Shown here piece after piece: positions 13,419 through 25,982 of a DNA stretch of 64,000 nt. Position 1 is the stretch's first letter; each line of letters opens with the position of its first letter. Origin of the DNA: Marsupella aquatica (lineage: Eukaryota; Plantae; Marchantiophyta). The stretch spans positions 22,270,558 through 22,334,557 of the forward strand of contig OZ316895.1 of the NCBI GenBank assembly GCA_973895155.1, written 5' to 3'. Below the pieces are notes generated by a model that was not told the origin of the DNA, made no database searches, and worked only from the letters and a program-made list of their open reading frames with translations. The position numbers and the translations under genes were made by a program.

Positions 13419-15949
13419 GGACGACAATGCATATCCTGTTGGACTACCATAGCTATCAAGAACCCCCAGAACGGAAATTTGAACGAACAGATGTTCTGAT
13501 TCAAGAAGACAGAAGGTGAGCAGATAGAAAAGCTTGTTTATCCAATTTTGAATCCGCCTTCAATGCCAACACATCAGCAGATCAGGGGAGGCAGTACTGT
13601 TTCCAATCCAAGTTTGAATCAAGGTCATGAAAACTGCAAATCCCAATTCAGCATTGCGGTGGAGCGAAGCGCTTTCTACTGGGAAGGACAGCTCGATTGG
13701 AAGTTGGGTAGTGAAAGATGAAATTAGAGCTTAGAGAAAGAGAACTTAACACATGGGGGGAATTGGTTGACACGCTTCGAGCTTTTTCAGCTTGGTGAAA
13801 AAGTGTGAACAAGAAACTGACAGCATTGTATTCCTGCATTTCTACTGGATAGCAAAACGACTTGAGCATATCGTTCCAGTGATGAAAGTCCTTAACCACG
13901 AGATGGTTAAGCAACTGTTGCGGCTGAATTAAGAAATATCGGTTCACGTTTTTCGTTGGGGAAAAATAATAATGCCATATTGTGAGCAACGTTCGTTATT
14001 ACTTTGAAGTTTGGATATGTGAACATGATTCTTTTTCTAGCGAGTCCTGTTCCATTCTGGCAGGATCAGTTCTCCACTTTCTGGAGCAACCTCTGTTCTG
14101 AGGATGAAACATCGTTGTTTCCTTGCCTTTACTTTTCCACCAACGGTAACCATTGCATCTCATCGTCTGATTGTTGTTCAGTCTGATGCTTCAGCTTGAA
14201 ACTATACGTTGCCAGTTCCTCGTATGTTCCCTGCTCCGCCCTATTCTTTTCCATAAAAGACAATCATTGCATTTCATCTCTAATTGTGGTGTTTAGTCGG
14301 ATTCTTTATCCTGTTGGAACCTGCAGAATCTTTCCCTCCTCCGAAGATTGTCAATGCGTCAGAATAATTGGATTGATAGGGAACCCGAGCATACTGTCGA
14401 AACAATGGAAAAATATAAGCAGCTTCAGTTATTTGATTTTGTGCTAGAATCCATCAAAACTATTGGATAAGTACGATGATAGTTTCAATAAATCTTCCCA
14501 ATGAGTAGATATGAATAGCTTGAATCATTAATTCCGTACTAGACCCCAAAATGTTAAGCGCATGCTCTTCTGCGGGAGCATATCTTAAATCTAGGACACA
14601 TTTATGTTACTCTTTACATGCAAGGTTAATGAAATATAACAATGTAAGCGTTATACCTTCCATTATTACTTTAAAAACCCTTGCAGCAGGTTAATTATTA
14701 TTCTTGTTATGAACCACTTTGATTTGATACTCTATTCTGTTGATCGGAATTATGATTCTTGTTATGTTATGACCAATATAATTTGTTTTGATTGATTATT
14801 GTTATTGCATGGTATTTGCGTTTACGCACGTCCTTTGTGTAATTATGTTGTTGCAGAACTTTCATCATTTTGAATGGGAAATTGATGCTGCAAAAATATA
14901 TTATAACTTTGTCAATATTGTGTTGCAAAATGATGTTGTTGGGTAGACATTGCTGGGCAAAATGCAGTCAGGCAGTACCATGACGAGGCAGATTGATTTT
15001 TTCTCCATTTTTCCCTTTTCACCTTTATTTTATTTTCTCCCCTCCTCTCTACATGCAAGGGAGGTGGAGCGTGGGGGGAGCATGTCAATCAGGGAGGGAG
15101 AGTGATGTAGATGGGAGGGTGAGATTACTGTTGCAACAAATGGTACCAAGCAAGTGCGTTGCAACAGGCATATCAAAGGCAGATGCTACAGAGTACAGGA
15201 TTGCAAGGTGGATTAATCAACCACTAAAACACCCAACCCTCCAAATCTTTTGTGCCTACTTTTGTGGAATTTGTAGACATGTTCCAAAAAATAAAATGGG
15301 CAAAAATGAATTCTGGCTGATTGCTCTATGAAGGTTTTGTGATCATCCAACTTGCTAACAACCATCACTCACCCCAGATTCAATTGCGGTGAATGACAAG
15401 GATTTGTTTTTTAAAAACTAGCCTTTAGTTAGTATAATTTGCCAGCTGAAAATAATGGTTGGATCCCATACCTTGGACTTAACCATGGGCACAAAGCGGC
15501 CAACCAGGGGTGGTGGAAATAATACACGCTTCTTCACTGCACAACCCACAGATGTCTGCTCTCCGCATCAACTTAATTTTTCAGGTTTTTCCCTTTTGCT
15601 CGGGTGGCAAATGTCACCGTATGTGAAAGAGAATGTTCTTTCAGTTTCTCTATATGTATATGCTATTTCCAATGATTTCTCTGTATGTGAAACTCCAATT
15701 TCGTGTATCTAGTTTTATGGCCAGGATGTAGCTCCTGCTGGGACATGTGCCCTGTAAGGCTCAGGCATCTAGAAACGGATACATGGTAGACATCCATATC
15801 TGGATGAGAAACTGGCCTTTATAAAAAATTATAACCCATAGCAAAATTTATAAGAGTAGTGAAAACTACCCACCCCTGCACATAATTTTTTTTGTGAATA
15901 CACTAAGATTTGAGGTGAGACCCTGACTCCTACCTTGTGGGGCAGCTCA

Positions 15950-16770
15950 GTGCTACCTTCCTGGTCAAGATCTGGAATATCTCTTTAGTAATATTTTCCT
16001 CAATATTTACTATAGTTAGAAAAAACAAAAATCTCTCATGCCTTTAAGTGTACTAAAGTCCTGTTTTGGGGGCATTATCAAAACCCAAATACAAGGTCCT
16101 GCCAAGTGTTAGAGTGATAGTTGTTCAAAATCTGACCTTTGCAGTGCCAAAAACTAAAACTTGGAAAGCAACTAAACAAGGAGGAGGTATGTGGAAATGG
16201 GAAAATAGAGGAAGAGGCATAAAGAGACGGAAAACAGGCAGGAGAGATTACAAGCCCATATTGAACTCATTGATTACACTATCAATTCAGCCAGTACCAA
16301 CTTTATTTCTTTTGGAAGTCCAAATAAAACTCTTTATTAGCCTCTGCCCAAGGGACTGCACCTGCCCTTTGCCCCAATGCCTGTCCAATACCACTATCCA
16401 TCTTTTGCTTATTTTTAGGCTCACCACCTTCCCCCAAAACTGAAAATTACAGACCTTGGCGCACTAAACCTTTTTGGCAACAATATTTCTTGTGTAACTC
16501 ACTGGTATTAAACTAGTTGACAATAATAGCCCCTCAAAACTCGATCTTGGTGTACTACATCTTTTTGGCAACAATATTTCTTGTGTAACTCACTAGTATC
16601 AAACTAGTTGACAATAATAGCCCCTCAAAACTCGACATTGGCGTACTAAATCTTTTTGGCAACAATACTTCTTGTGTAACTCAGTGGTATCAAACTAGTT
16701 GACAATAATAGCCCTGAAAACTAGAACAGAAGCTCTCATTTTTAGGGGCATTATACCCCATTAGCACTCC
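15950..16770 (+). mobile_element. Dispersed non-autonomous repeat element, related to the inverted copy at ~60090-60295
   Basis: caagatctg..ctctttagtaa..atctctcatgcctttaagtg..ctgttttgggggcattat (15966-16078) and caataatagccctgaaaactag (~16703) match the reverse complement of 60100-60290. Confidence 0.6.
16453..16724. repeat. ~91-bp tandem repeat x3
   Basis: ttggcgcactaaacctttttggcaacaatatttcttgtgtaactcactggtattaaactagttgacaataatagcccctcaaaactc recurs at ~16456, ~16547 and ~16638 with few substitutions. Confidence 0.92.
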
Positions 16771-16830
16771 AAATAGGTCCTTCGTGTTCCTTTAAAAAAC
16801 AGTGCTCCACACCCTTGTGCGTGCTTGGGG

Positions 16831-16843
16831 GGTTTAGGGTTTA
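16831..16843. promoter_or_regulatory. Telo-box (AAACCCTA on the minus strand) upstream of the RNase E gene
   Basis: ggtttagggttta. Telo-boxes are common near the TSS of plant genes for RNA processing and translation. Confidence 0.4.
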
Positions 16844-16956
16844 ACCTGTGACCCCTCAGCTCCAGGCTCATCCCCTATCCCCCTGGCCAACTGAACTGAG
16901 CCAGCTGGTTCGTTCCCTCGTGTTAGTTTTTGGTGCACGAGCGTCACCTCTCGTTG

Positions 16957-17238
16957 TGAGCTCACGTATTCCTCTCTCTCAGTTTCCGAGAGCGCTCGTT
17001 CGATTCCTCTGTTCGTTTGCAATACAATCATTAGCAGGTTGCAGCATTTTGTTGAAGCATTTTGTTGAAGCTTCGCGCAGCAATCTGAGCCCTTTCAACT
17101 AACACTCTTGTCTTGTTTTGAGCTCACGGATCCCTCTCGCTCAGTTTCCGAGAGCGCTCGTTTGATTTGTTTGATTCGTTTGCGATGCAATAGCAGGGTG
17201 AAGCAGTTTGCTGAAGCTCCGCGCAGCAATCTGAACTC
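16957..17238. repeat. ~160-bp direct duplication in the putative 5' leader of RNase E
   Basis: gagctcacg.at.cctctc.ctcagtttccgagagcgctcgtt...gaagct.cgcgcagcaatctga at ~16958 and ~17120. Confidence 0.8.
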
Positions 17239-17910
17239 GTGTAATTAACACTCTGTCTCGGTTAAGTCGTTCGCAGCCAGGTCGAAGCAGTTTCCCAAGC
17301 TCCAGCAAAGAAATGGTAGCTCGATCGACTCACACTCTGTCACGGTTTCGATCGATGCTACATCAGGTTTAAGCATTTTGTCGACTCTCTGCACAGAAAT
17401 CTTAGCTTTACAAACACTCTGTCCGTGCACGGGCTTCCCAACATTCAATGATATTTGAATTTGACGTACTAAAATTCTTTAATGCTGGCTCCTGCAGCTC
17501 ACTTGAATGTCTCTGCGGCAATCGTGACTCCCGGTTGTCATGGTCTAACAAGCAACTGACAGATATTGAGAATCCCGCCAGGAAGAGTCGGCCGTCAAGC
17601 CTTTCCCACAGGAGGATAAAACTTGCTTGTAGACAAATGAAAAGTAACAGCTCCCGACAGGAATTTTCTGCAGTACAACGCTGTTGGAATGGAGAGATCC
17701 AATCATGGGGTCAGTTATGGTACCATGAAGTCTGTTCTTTGCTTCATTAAATTGATGAATTTGTTGGAAAGCGGCTTCAGCAGAGGCAGAAGTTGTTCGC
17801 TCGTTGATGGGTGGGAAGTCTGTGGCGGGCCGTTGGTTGCAAATTAGGCATGGCATTATTCACCTCTTGTAAGAAAGGGCGGGCCTTACGAGGGACCGTT
17901 GTCTCATTCC

Positions 17911-20900
17911 ATGGCCCTCTCTCACTGTGTTTTTTGGTTCTTTCCATCTGTCTCTTCCAAACCTGCTGCTGCCATTGAAAGGGTTAAGATCCATTTGGTG
18001 CGTAATTCTAACCCTAAATTGCGCACAAGCCTTTTGAAGGCGGTGCCATGGATTCCGAGAAAAATTCACAGCAGAGGATTTTCTGGAGAAGTCTTACAGA
18101 TGGCTGTCACCCGGGCCAATGACCCCCAAGGTCAGGTGGAAGCAGCACCCAGTGAATGGCTGGATGGGATCAACGATGGAGAAGCCCCGATCACAGGAGC
18201 TGAAGTGACAAGGAAATCTCCGAGGCGACGGAGGAGAACCAAAGGGAAAGTAGATGAGGAAATCTCCTCCAATGAGGTAGGCAAGGGAGCTGAAAGTGAG
18301 CGAAGCCCAGACCGTGATGATAGCCAGGTCGTCTTGCAAGCCAATTTCCAAAATGGAGAACTCTTAGAGGCGGCTGCCTCCCGGGCCAATGACCCCCAAG
18401 GTCAGATGGAAGCATCACCCAGTGAAGTGTCAGATGGGGAGAGAGATGGACACGCCGTGATCGAAGGAGCTGAAGTGACAAAGAAGCCTCCGAGGCGACG
18501 GAGGAAAACCAAAAAGAACGGAGACGAGGTAAAAACCTCCGATGATGTGGCTATGAGGGCTGGAAGTGAAGGAAGCCTAGAGCCTGATGATGGTCAGCAG
18601 GTCTTGCAATCCAATCTCCAAACTGTAGAACTCTTACAGGTGGCTGCCACCAGGACCAGTGAACCCCAAGGTCAAGTGGAAGCATCACCCAATGAAGGGC
18701 CGGATGGGGAGAAAGATGGAGAAGCCCTGATGGCAGTAGCTGAGGTGAGAAAGAGACCTCCGAGGCGACGGAGGAGAAGCAAAAGGGATGTGGAAGGGGG
18801 GAAAGTTTCCGATGCTGTAGCCAAGAGGGCCGAAAGTGAAGGAAGCCTAGACCCTGATGATAGTCAGGTCGTCTTGCAATCCAGTCGCCAAAATGGCAGC
18901 GCATCAAAAGCTCGATCTGAAAATGGCACTGTCAGGGTAGACTCTATCGATATGCAGAATCAGATAATCAGAGCTGATTCTCAAGTGAATGAGGCCATCG
19001 CTGGTGACTCTATTGATCCTGCAAAACCTGCCAAGAAAAGTAAAAGGAGAAAGCGAAAGAAGGCCTCAAGCTCGCTCCAAACTGAATCACAGGCCGAACG
19101 GATTGTACCAAGTACAGATGATCTATACGAGTCCATTGTTTGGTGCACCGTACACTTGAAGGTGCAGGCAGATTTGGAGGAAAATTTAAGGTTATACGTG
19201 GTGGGAGCTAACCCTGAACTGGGTGGCTGGGACCTATCTCAGGCCTTGCCGCTACCTGAATCGGATGAAGAAGGCGTCTGGGAAAATACTCTGAAGGTGA
19301 AAACGCTCTGGGCTACTTCCTTACACTTGCTGAGTAGAAAGCGTGGTTAATGTCATTTGGTTTCGAAAATTCTCTGGGTAGTAGTTGCTTGCTCTCAGCA
19401 TTGATTCTCATTCCGTGAAGCGCAGTAACGCTTTTAGTGCTACTTAGAACCTACATAAAACTTTCTCGGTTACTGCATGAACACAAAGCTAACTTTGATC
19501 TGAAATCAGATACCAAGAGGTACTATGTTGGAGTACAAATACTTCACAGAATCTCAAGACGCAGATTCTGCAGTAATTGAGAGGTGGTTTGGACCTGAAA
19601 TTCAGTATCTTTTGGCTTGGAAAGAGGATTCAGGCTCCGAAGTTGAGGTCATCAATGATTTGTGGGTACCGGAAGTCCCAGCGAAGCTTCCCTTGTTATC
19701 TTGGGGTGACCGGTGGTGGGAAGAGATGGATTCGATGAAAAGTAAGGAGGATTTGGGGGGTCTTGAAGGACACGACCAACAACTTGATTTTGAGCAAATA
19801 TATAATAGAGAAGATGAGGCTTTGGATGTTGCTGAGAAGAAAGTTGAAATACCTGCAGAAGAGCCAGTAGTAGAGGAATGGCTGAAGAAGAAGATTAGAA
19901 AGAAAGTTTTTCCTAGGGAGGAACCCTGGCTTCTGGAGTCAATGATTATGGACCAAAGAAATATTTCCGCCCGAAAGAAAAATGAGGATGCTCTAGAAGG
20001 AACAGACGGCGGAACAGAATCAGTTGTTGCAGAGCAGAAGGACCCAGAAGTTGAAGTAGAGATCCTCATTAACTCTCCACAATGTACGATGCAAAGAATG
20101 GCAATATTAGAGGACGGGAAGCTTGTTGAGCTCCTTCTTGAACCTGTAAATACAAGAGTCCAAGTAGGAAATGTCTACCTTGGGGTAGTAAGGCAGCTTC
20201 TACCTGGGATGACTGGAGTATTTGTAGATATTGGTGGCTTTCAGCTTTCCCTTCTGGATATAACGAGGAATCAGTACCCTTATACTTTCCCTAGCATTGG
20301 TCAGTTCATTGAAGTTCCCGCTGATGGACACTCGTGGGGCACTTTAGACGATGATGAGGAAAGTGACTGGGAGGACTCTGAGGCGGGAGTTGAAGATGAA
20401 GATGAAGATGAGGACGAGGACGAGGACGAAGACGAGGACGAGGACGACCAGGACAGTGACTTTGTTGATGATGAGGAAGGAGGGGATGGGCAGCTTGACG
20501 AAGAAGACGAAGATGATACATCTAGACGAAGATCTACTCGCTCCAAACATCAAGTACATGATGCCATGGTTCAGGATCATGAGGGCAAAGAAGCTCGTGT
20601 TGTTTCTAAAGGGAGGAATTTGCATTCCCTAGCCCGAACAGATTCTGGTAGCCCAGCAGGGCCCATAACAGTCAATTTTGGAAGGAAGCTGAAGAAGTGG
20701 AGAAAATTGCAAGAGGGGATGCAAATAATTGTTCAGGTCAAGAAAGAAGCATTGGGAAAAAAGGGTCCTCGCTTGACAGCCTTCCCGAGCTTAGCTGGTC
20801 GCTTCTGGGTAGGTATTAATGGAATGGCTACACTGTACATTCACAAATTTTCATCGTATCGTGGGCTTCTGGCCCAAGTGCCCAAACGTGATCTTGCTAG

Positions 20901-23638
20901 TGATTTTGATCTCCTTTCGCACTTTTGGCAGGTACTCATTCCTGGAGGCAATGCAGTAGGGGTGTCACGGCGGATTACTGGTCCAGAGCGCAAGCGACTG
21001 AGACAAATGGCACAAGATATTTTACCACCAAACTTCTCATTGACGGTCAGGACAGAGGCTCTTGGCCATAGCAAAGAAGAGCTGGAAAAAGATTTGACAC
21101 GCCTTATGGAGACCTGGAAAGAAATCTTAGAGCGTGCTTCAGCGGCTGCAGTTGCGACTGAGCATGGAATGGAAGGTGCCATGCCAGTGCTATTACACAG
21201 AGCTATGGGACAGTTTCTTACAATTGTGAGGGATTTCTTCAATGATAAGGTAAGAGACAAGGTATTCTTACCACATTTCGTTTTAATCTAGTTGACTCGT
21301 TACATAGGAAATCCCACAATAATAAAATACAATAGGTGACGTTCTGAGAAGACCTTTTCACTGATACCCTTAATTTCTCATTACGCAGGTACACAGGATG
21401 GTGATCGACTCTCCCCAGTGTTATCAGGAGGTAAAGTGAAGTCAAGTTAATCAAGATCTCGTTGGTTGATAATACTTGGAACATGTAATGGCCCGTAAAA
21501 CTTTGCTTTTGAGGTTTCACAGCAGTTCCCTGGTCGTTGCGACATCTAATAATTGTCTCTTTGAGCAGGTGACAAGTTATCTTCAAGAAGTTGCTCCTCA
21601 GCTGTCTGATCGTGTGGAGCTTTACACTGACAAAACACCAATTTTTGATGCATTTGACATAGAATCTGAAATCGAAAAGTTTTCGAATCGGCGGTGAGTC
21701 AAATTCCTGTCCCATGGATGGAAGCTTTTCAAACTCGTGGGCAGCACTGCAGTTTATGTGATCTGCGAGCTCCTCTCTTTATCTCTTGGACTTATCTAAA
21801 TGAGTTATTCTCGTTTTGCAGAGTTAGTCTTCCGAATGGGGGTTACTTAGTCATGGAAGAGACTGAGGCACTGGTTTCTATTGATGTAAATGGTGGAACT
21901 GGTGTCCTTTCTCATGATATTTCCCAAGAAGAGGCCATCCTCGCAGTCAATCTCGCCGCTGCTCGACAGGTAGGTTGAGACCTTTCCTGATCATGCCTGC
22001 ACTCAGTTCCTTTTTACATCTGGCCCGGAAATTGGAGGGACAGATTAGAGTCCTCATGTGTACAGCTTCCAAAGGGGTAGGTCCCGTCTTCCTGGTTGAT
22101 GACCTGCCGGGATAACCTGAACTTCTAAGACATTGTCTTGCCAAAAAATTCCAGATCGCTACAGAGGTGCGGTTGAGGGACATTGGTGGCATCATCGTGG
22201 TCGATTTCATTGATATGCAGGATCCAAGTGAGTGCTTTCCACAGACTTGCCACCATTTTTGTTGTTTACATTTTTTTAGAGCGAAAGTATCATTAAAGTA
22301 TGCTCATCAAATTGTGCTGGTAACTCCATTTCTCGTGAACAAACAAAAATTTTGAGTTTTCTTCCCAAGAGACACAGTGCATCTCATTCTGACTGCAGAT
22401 TGCTTTCTTTGACATTCTTTCTAATATTACAGAGAGTGAGAAAATGGTGCATGAGGAGATGCGAAAGGCAATTGCGCGAGATCGTTCATCTCCTTCCCTC
22501 TCTGAAATCTCAGAGTTTGGACTCATGGAAATGACGAGGAAAAGAGTACGTAGCACAATTTTTCAAGTCCACTCTTGCAATGGCCGACTGCGGTGTTCAG
22601 CTTAAATTGTTTTTAAAATTGGTTGGAGTGGTGGGCATGACGGTTAAACATAATTGATTGACCTCACCCCAGTGTTCAATTGAGAGCTTTTCACAACTTG
22701 GTGGTTGTACAATTGCAACGGTTGGACTATTTGCCGCCTGGTGTCTCAGCCAGGTATGCGACTCTGACCACATTAAACTGTTATGAAAATAGGTGCGGCC
22801 AAGTGTGACTCTTACGATAAGTGATCCATGTTCTCATTGTGGTGGTGTGGGCCGTGTCGAAGCTCATGAAACTACGTTATCAAAGATAGAAAGGGCAGTT
22901 CTCCGTTTATCGGTGAGTACTCTTGGACACTATTTCGGTTTTACTCTCTCCTTCCTGAAGGTATGCTTTGACAAGTTATTATGTGATACACTATAGTTGC
23001 TAACAGATGAATTGGATGGGATACTTGTAGGCGACAAGACCTGGGAATACAAATTCTTTGGACAGCACGAAATGGCCACAATTAGTCCTACGAGTGGATA
23101 ACCATATGGGCGAGTACTTGAAAGGAAGAAAACGAAAACGAATGACTCAGCTTAGTGCAGCTCTGAAAGTCTGGCTGCATCTCAAGGCAAGTTAATGTTG
23201 CTGTGGCGAATACTTTTTCCGTGTTATTTCCTACGGATTGTTATTTCCTACGGATTGTTGAATAGCTCTACAGTCTGCTCTGTATGTTCCACATTTGTAA
23301 TCCAACCGGGACAGATTTATTTGATTAGATCAGGGATATGATCTGAGTTCGATGCTTGATATGGTTGATAGAGTTCACACCATAAATGCAGCTCCAGGCT
23401 GAGAAAGTCTGTGCTCACAGTTGGATTATTGTACTATGGGCAGGTTGCTCTGGAGTTTACTATAGGTCAATTCCAAGTTCTTGAGCAGCATAGGATAGGG
23501 AGTGAGAAACGGTCAAATGGTGCTGGACACACGAAGTCAGATCAGCAGAATGTTGGCCCAGATTTATTTGGAAGGAGAGGAGTGTGGCCAGGCAAGCGGC
23601 GAAGAAATTTTGCGAATCAAGGTTCCACTAAAGAGTAA
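17911..23638 (+). CDS. RNE: Chloroplast ribonuclease E/G-like protein. Exons 17911-19296, 19510-20808, 20932-21249, 21389-21430, 21569-21693, 21822-21969, 22155-22227, 22433-22545, 22793-22912, 23031-23186, 23444-23638
   Basis: S1 domain VGNVYLGVVRQLLPGMTGVFVDIG; QVKKEALGKKGPRLT; catalytic SIDVN and LRDIGGIIVVDFIDM; GLMEMTRKRVRPS; Zn-link CSHC; CBM20-like LYVVGANPELGGWD...LEYKY; transit-peptide-like N-terminus. The start codon is inferred. Confidence 0.93.
18087..18897 (+). repeat. In-frame 270-bp (90-aa) tandem repeat x3 inside RNase E exon 1
   Basis: The anchor (c)cgggccaatgacccccaaggtcag occurs at 18111 and 18381, with a variant at 18651. Each unit encodes ..PQGQxEAxP..AEVx(K/R)xPRRRR..AxSExSxxxDDxQxVLQ. 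Confidence 0.95.
20392..20516 (+). repeat. Coding (GAC/GAT-GAG/GAA)n acidic low-complexity tract in the RNase E S1 insertion
   Basis: Encodes EDEDEDEDEDEDEDEDEDD...DEEDEDD. Confidence 0.85.
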
Positions 23639-25809
23639 TACTTAGTTTGAGGCCTGGTTGAGTTTTCACACCTGTGGTTGCCTTGTACAATTTCCGAAGC
23701 TTTCCCATCAAGAAGGTCACGGAAGTCAGTTTTGTCACTGTAATGAAAGTGTCTCTTCCATCACTGTAGTGTAGGTTAGTGACAGGTAATCTTTGTTCCA
23801 CTTCATTCTTTGTTACTGTTGATATTCTTTTCAAAATTATTTATTGTCGTGACATTGTTGGATAGTCTCACCGGCTGCTGAAGGGGTCGTTTGAAGTGGA
23901 GAGAAGTTTCATATTTGATATCTTTCATGGGTTTCGTATAATTATCTGGTGGATCTTCTTGTCATCTAAATGGCCCATAACCAGAACCAGAACCTTGGCA
24001 AGGAGCATGTGTAAGAGTAGTCTACATCAAGACCACTTTGGTTCTTTCTGTTTGTGGGAATTGGATCTATGTTCTCTACGAGTCGGTGTTTATATAGGAT
24101 GTTGACTTGAAAGACTGAAAGGCTTATTGAAATTTTGGAAAGCTTTGCAGCTACAGGTGACGTTTTACAAGTAAGAATATTACATTTGATAATGCTAGAA
24201 TATACCTAATGATGATTGCTTCACTCGTCCATGGTCTTGCCTGGTTTTCGGTCAGGACTTGGTCTTCTGCCTTACTAAACTCTTCGCGCAGATTACAAGA
24301 ACCCCATCCTGTTCTGAGAAAATCATGGAGCGAGCAGCATCTGGCAGGGTTTTGTTAGCGTAAAGGTCGAAGAATAAACTCCGCAAAGGAACAAAATTTA
24401 ATGTGATCCCATTTCTTGCATGTGACATTACATCGCAGTGGTGACAAATTTGGTGACAAAATGCGGTGTTGAACAGCATGTTTTGTATTTTAGACGTCTT
24501 CCGACCAGTGGAATCAATATGAAGTCACTCTGTGGAGGTTATCGGAACCTGACGTGAGGTGTTCTCTGCATGTCCTGTGGATTCCGGTTCTTTGCAGGTA
24601 ATCATTTACATTGTAAACTGTCCTCGCGGAGTGTCGAATATTTTCCGATCGCAAATTTCAAATAAATTTAAGGAAATGATGTCTTTTTATGACTGATCTC
24701 AGTCACTTCTAAGTGAATATTATCTGAATTTCCTGTTGACGCCTTTCATATTATTTAAAGGCGTTTTCTGTTTAATGGTGGTTTCTTGAAAGGAATGTTC
24801 GTAAAATTATGAAAATCCGAAACCGAAGTTTTCTGGAACCCACGATATGGGGAAGTTGTATCAAAATGTTTATAGCTCTTGGTCGTGAATGTAGCAGGAT
24901 CCCCCAGGCAGAGAACCGCGCTTGAAATGCAATGTTTCCGTATGGACCAGAATGTAGAAGCTTAATGTTTACATTGACTCTGGGGCATGAAGCATTTGAT
25001 GGAGAGTGCAAGTGTGAAGAAATTGTCTGCAGATGAGCTTTCCAACCATCAATTACGTGGGTACAAGTCTGAAGACTGGCATGGAAGGCTATCAGGGTTT
25101 CCCGGGCAAATCATGCGGTGGATATGAAAAAACATTTGTTTCTGATCAGTAAAAGTTTTGCGTGTTTCCTGGAACACCAAACAATGCTTCGATTTCCAGG
25201 TCCACCTTAGTGATCCCATGCAAGAGTGAAACTCGAAGTACAATCTTTGGACTCCTATCCAGTGAAGGAGCTCAAAGCTTCGAGTATCTGTTGCTGGGGA
25301 AAAATTGAGACCTGATCGAAGGTGGGTGTTGTGCATGAACTTTGGGGGGGAATTCGTGATTTCAGCAGCACCTTTCGACGTTGAAGCCTTCAAACTAGCT
25401 ATATATTCCTTCGACTTTGGGACACCTTTCTGATCGGACACTTTGTAACATCCCACATAAAATCAAAAAATATTAGAAAAATAAGGCAAGAAAAACTTCT
25501 TCTGGGTGCTATGATTTGCCTCCCGATAATTTTGAAATGGCCTCCCAGGATGATTAGTCACTACTGGACATAGTCCCAGCCAAAGTTGATTCAGGACTCG
25601 TGCCCTTGATGTGGTCTCCCTCGGTTTTTCTAATCAAAATGAACTTACTCATGTTTGGGATAATTAAGTTTTGAGCTCCTTGCCTGAGTGAATGCAGAGC
25701 TTTGAGCTGTTTGCTTGAGTAAATGCAGACACCCACCTTGATTCTGGTCCCCATTTCACGTAACAACATAAGCGGGTCGACTACCAGCATGAAGTCTACT
25801 CATAAGTAA

Positions 25810-25982
25810 AAGCACAGGGCAATGATTCTGACACGCTCAGGTCGGAGACACCTAATGGTCCTTCAAGGATCGTACGTCGAAGGACGAGGCAACGATTCTG
25901 AGATGCTCAGATCGGAGACACGGAATCGAGAAAGTGGAAGCACAAGGCAACGATTCTGAGACGTTCAGATCGGAGATACGCA
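25810..25982. repeat. Three diverged ~40-bp copies (ggcaa.gattctga.a.g.tcag.tcggaga.ac)
   Basis: Copies at ~25817, ~25888 and ~25946. On the minus strand each reads (V/I)SDLx(V/I)SESLP. Confidence 0.7.

Noticed and set aside
16453-16724. Regular repeats as a possible CRISPR array (also 35052-35190, 47539-47751, 59168-59585)
   Set aside because: Whole units repeat with no unique spacers, there are no cas genes, and the context is eukaryotic.
19130-19680. CBM20-like domain (and the acidic S1 insertion) in RNase E as a novel fusion
   Set aside because: As far as I recall, both are already described or annotated in plant RNE proteins.
19602-21260. Minus-strand Ser-rich ORFs (155, 81 and 139 aa)
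   Set aside because: These are antisense shadows of the Glu/Asp-rich RNase E coding sequence.
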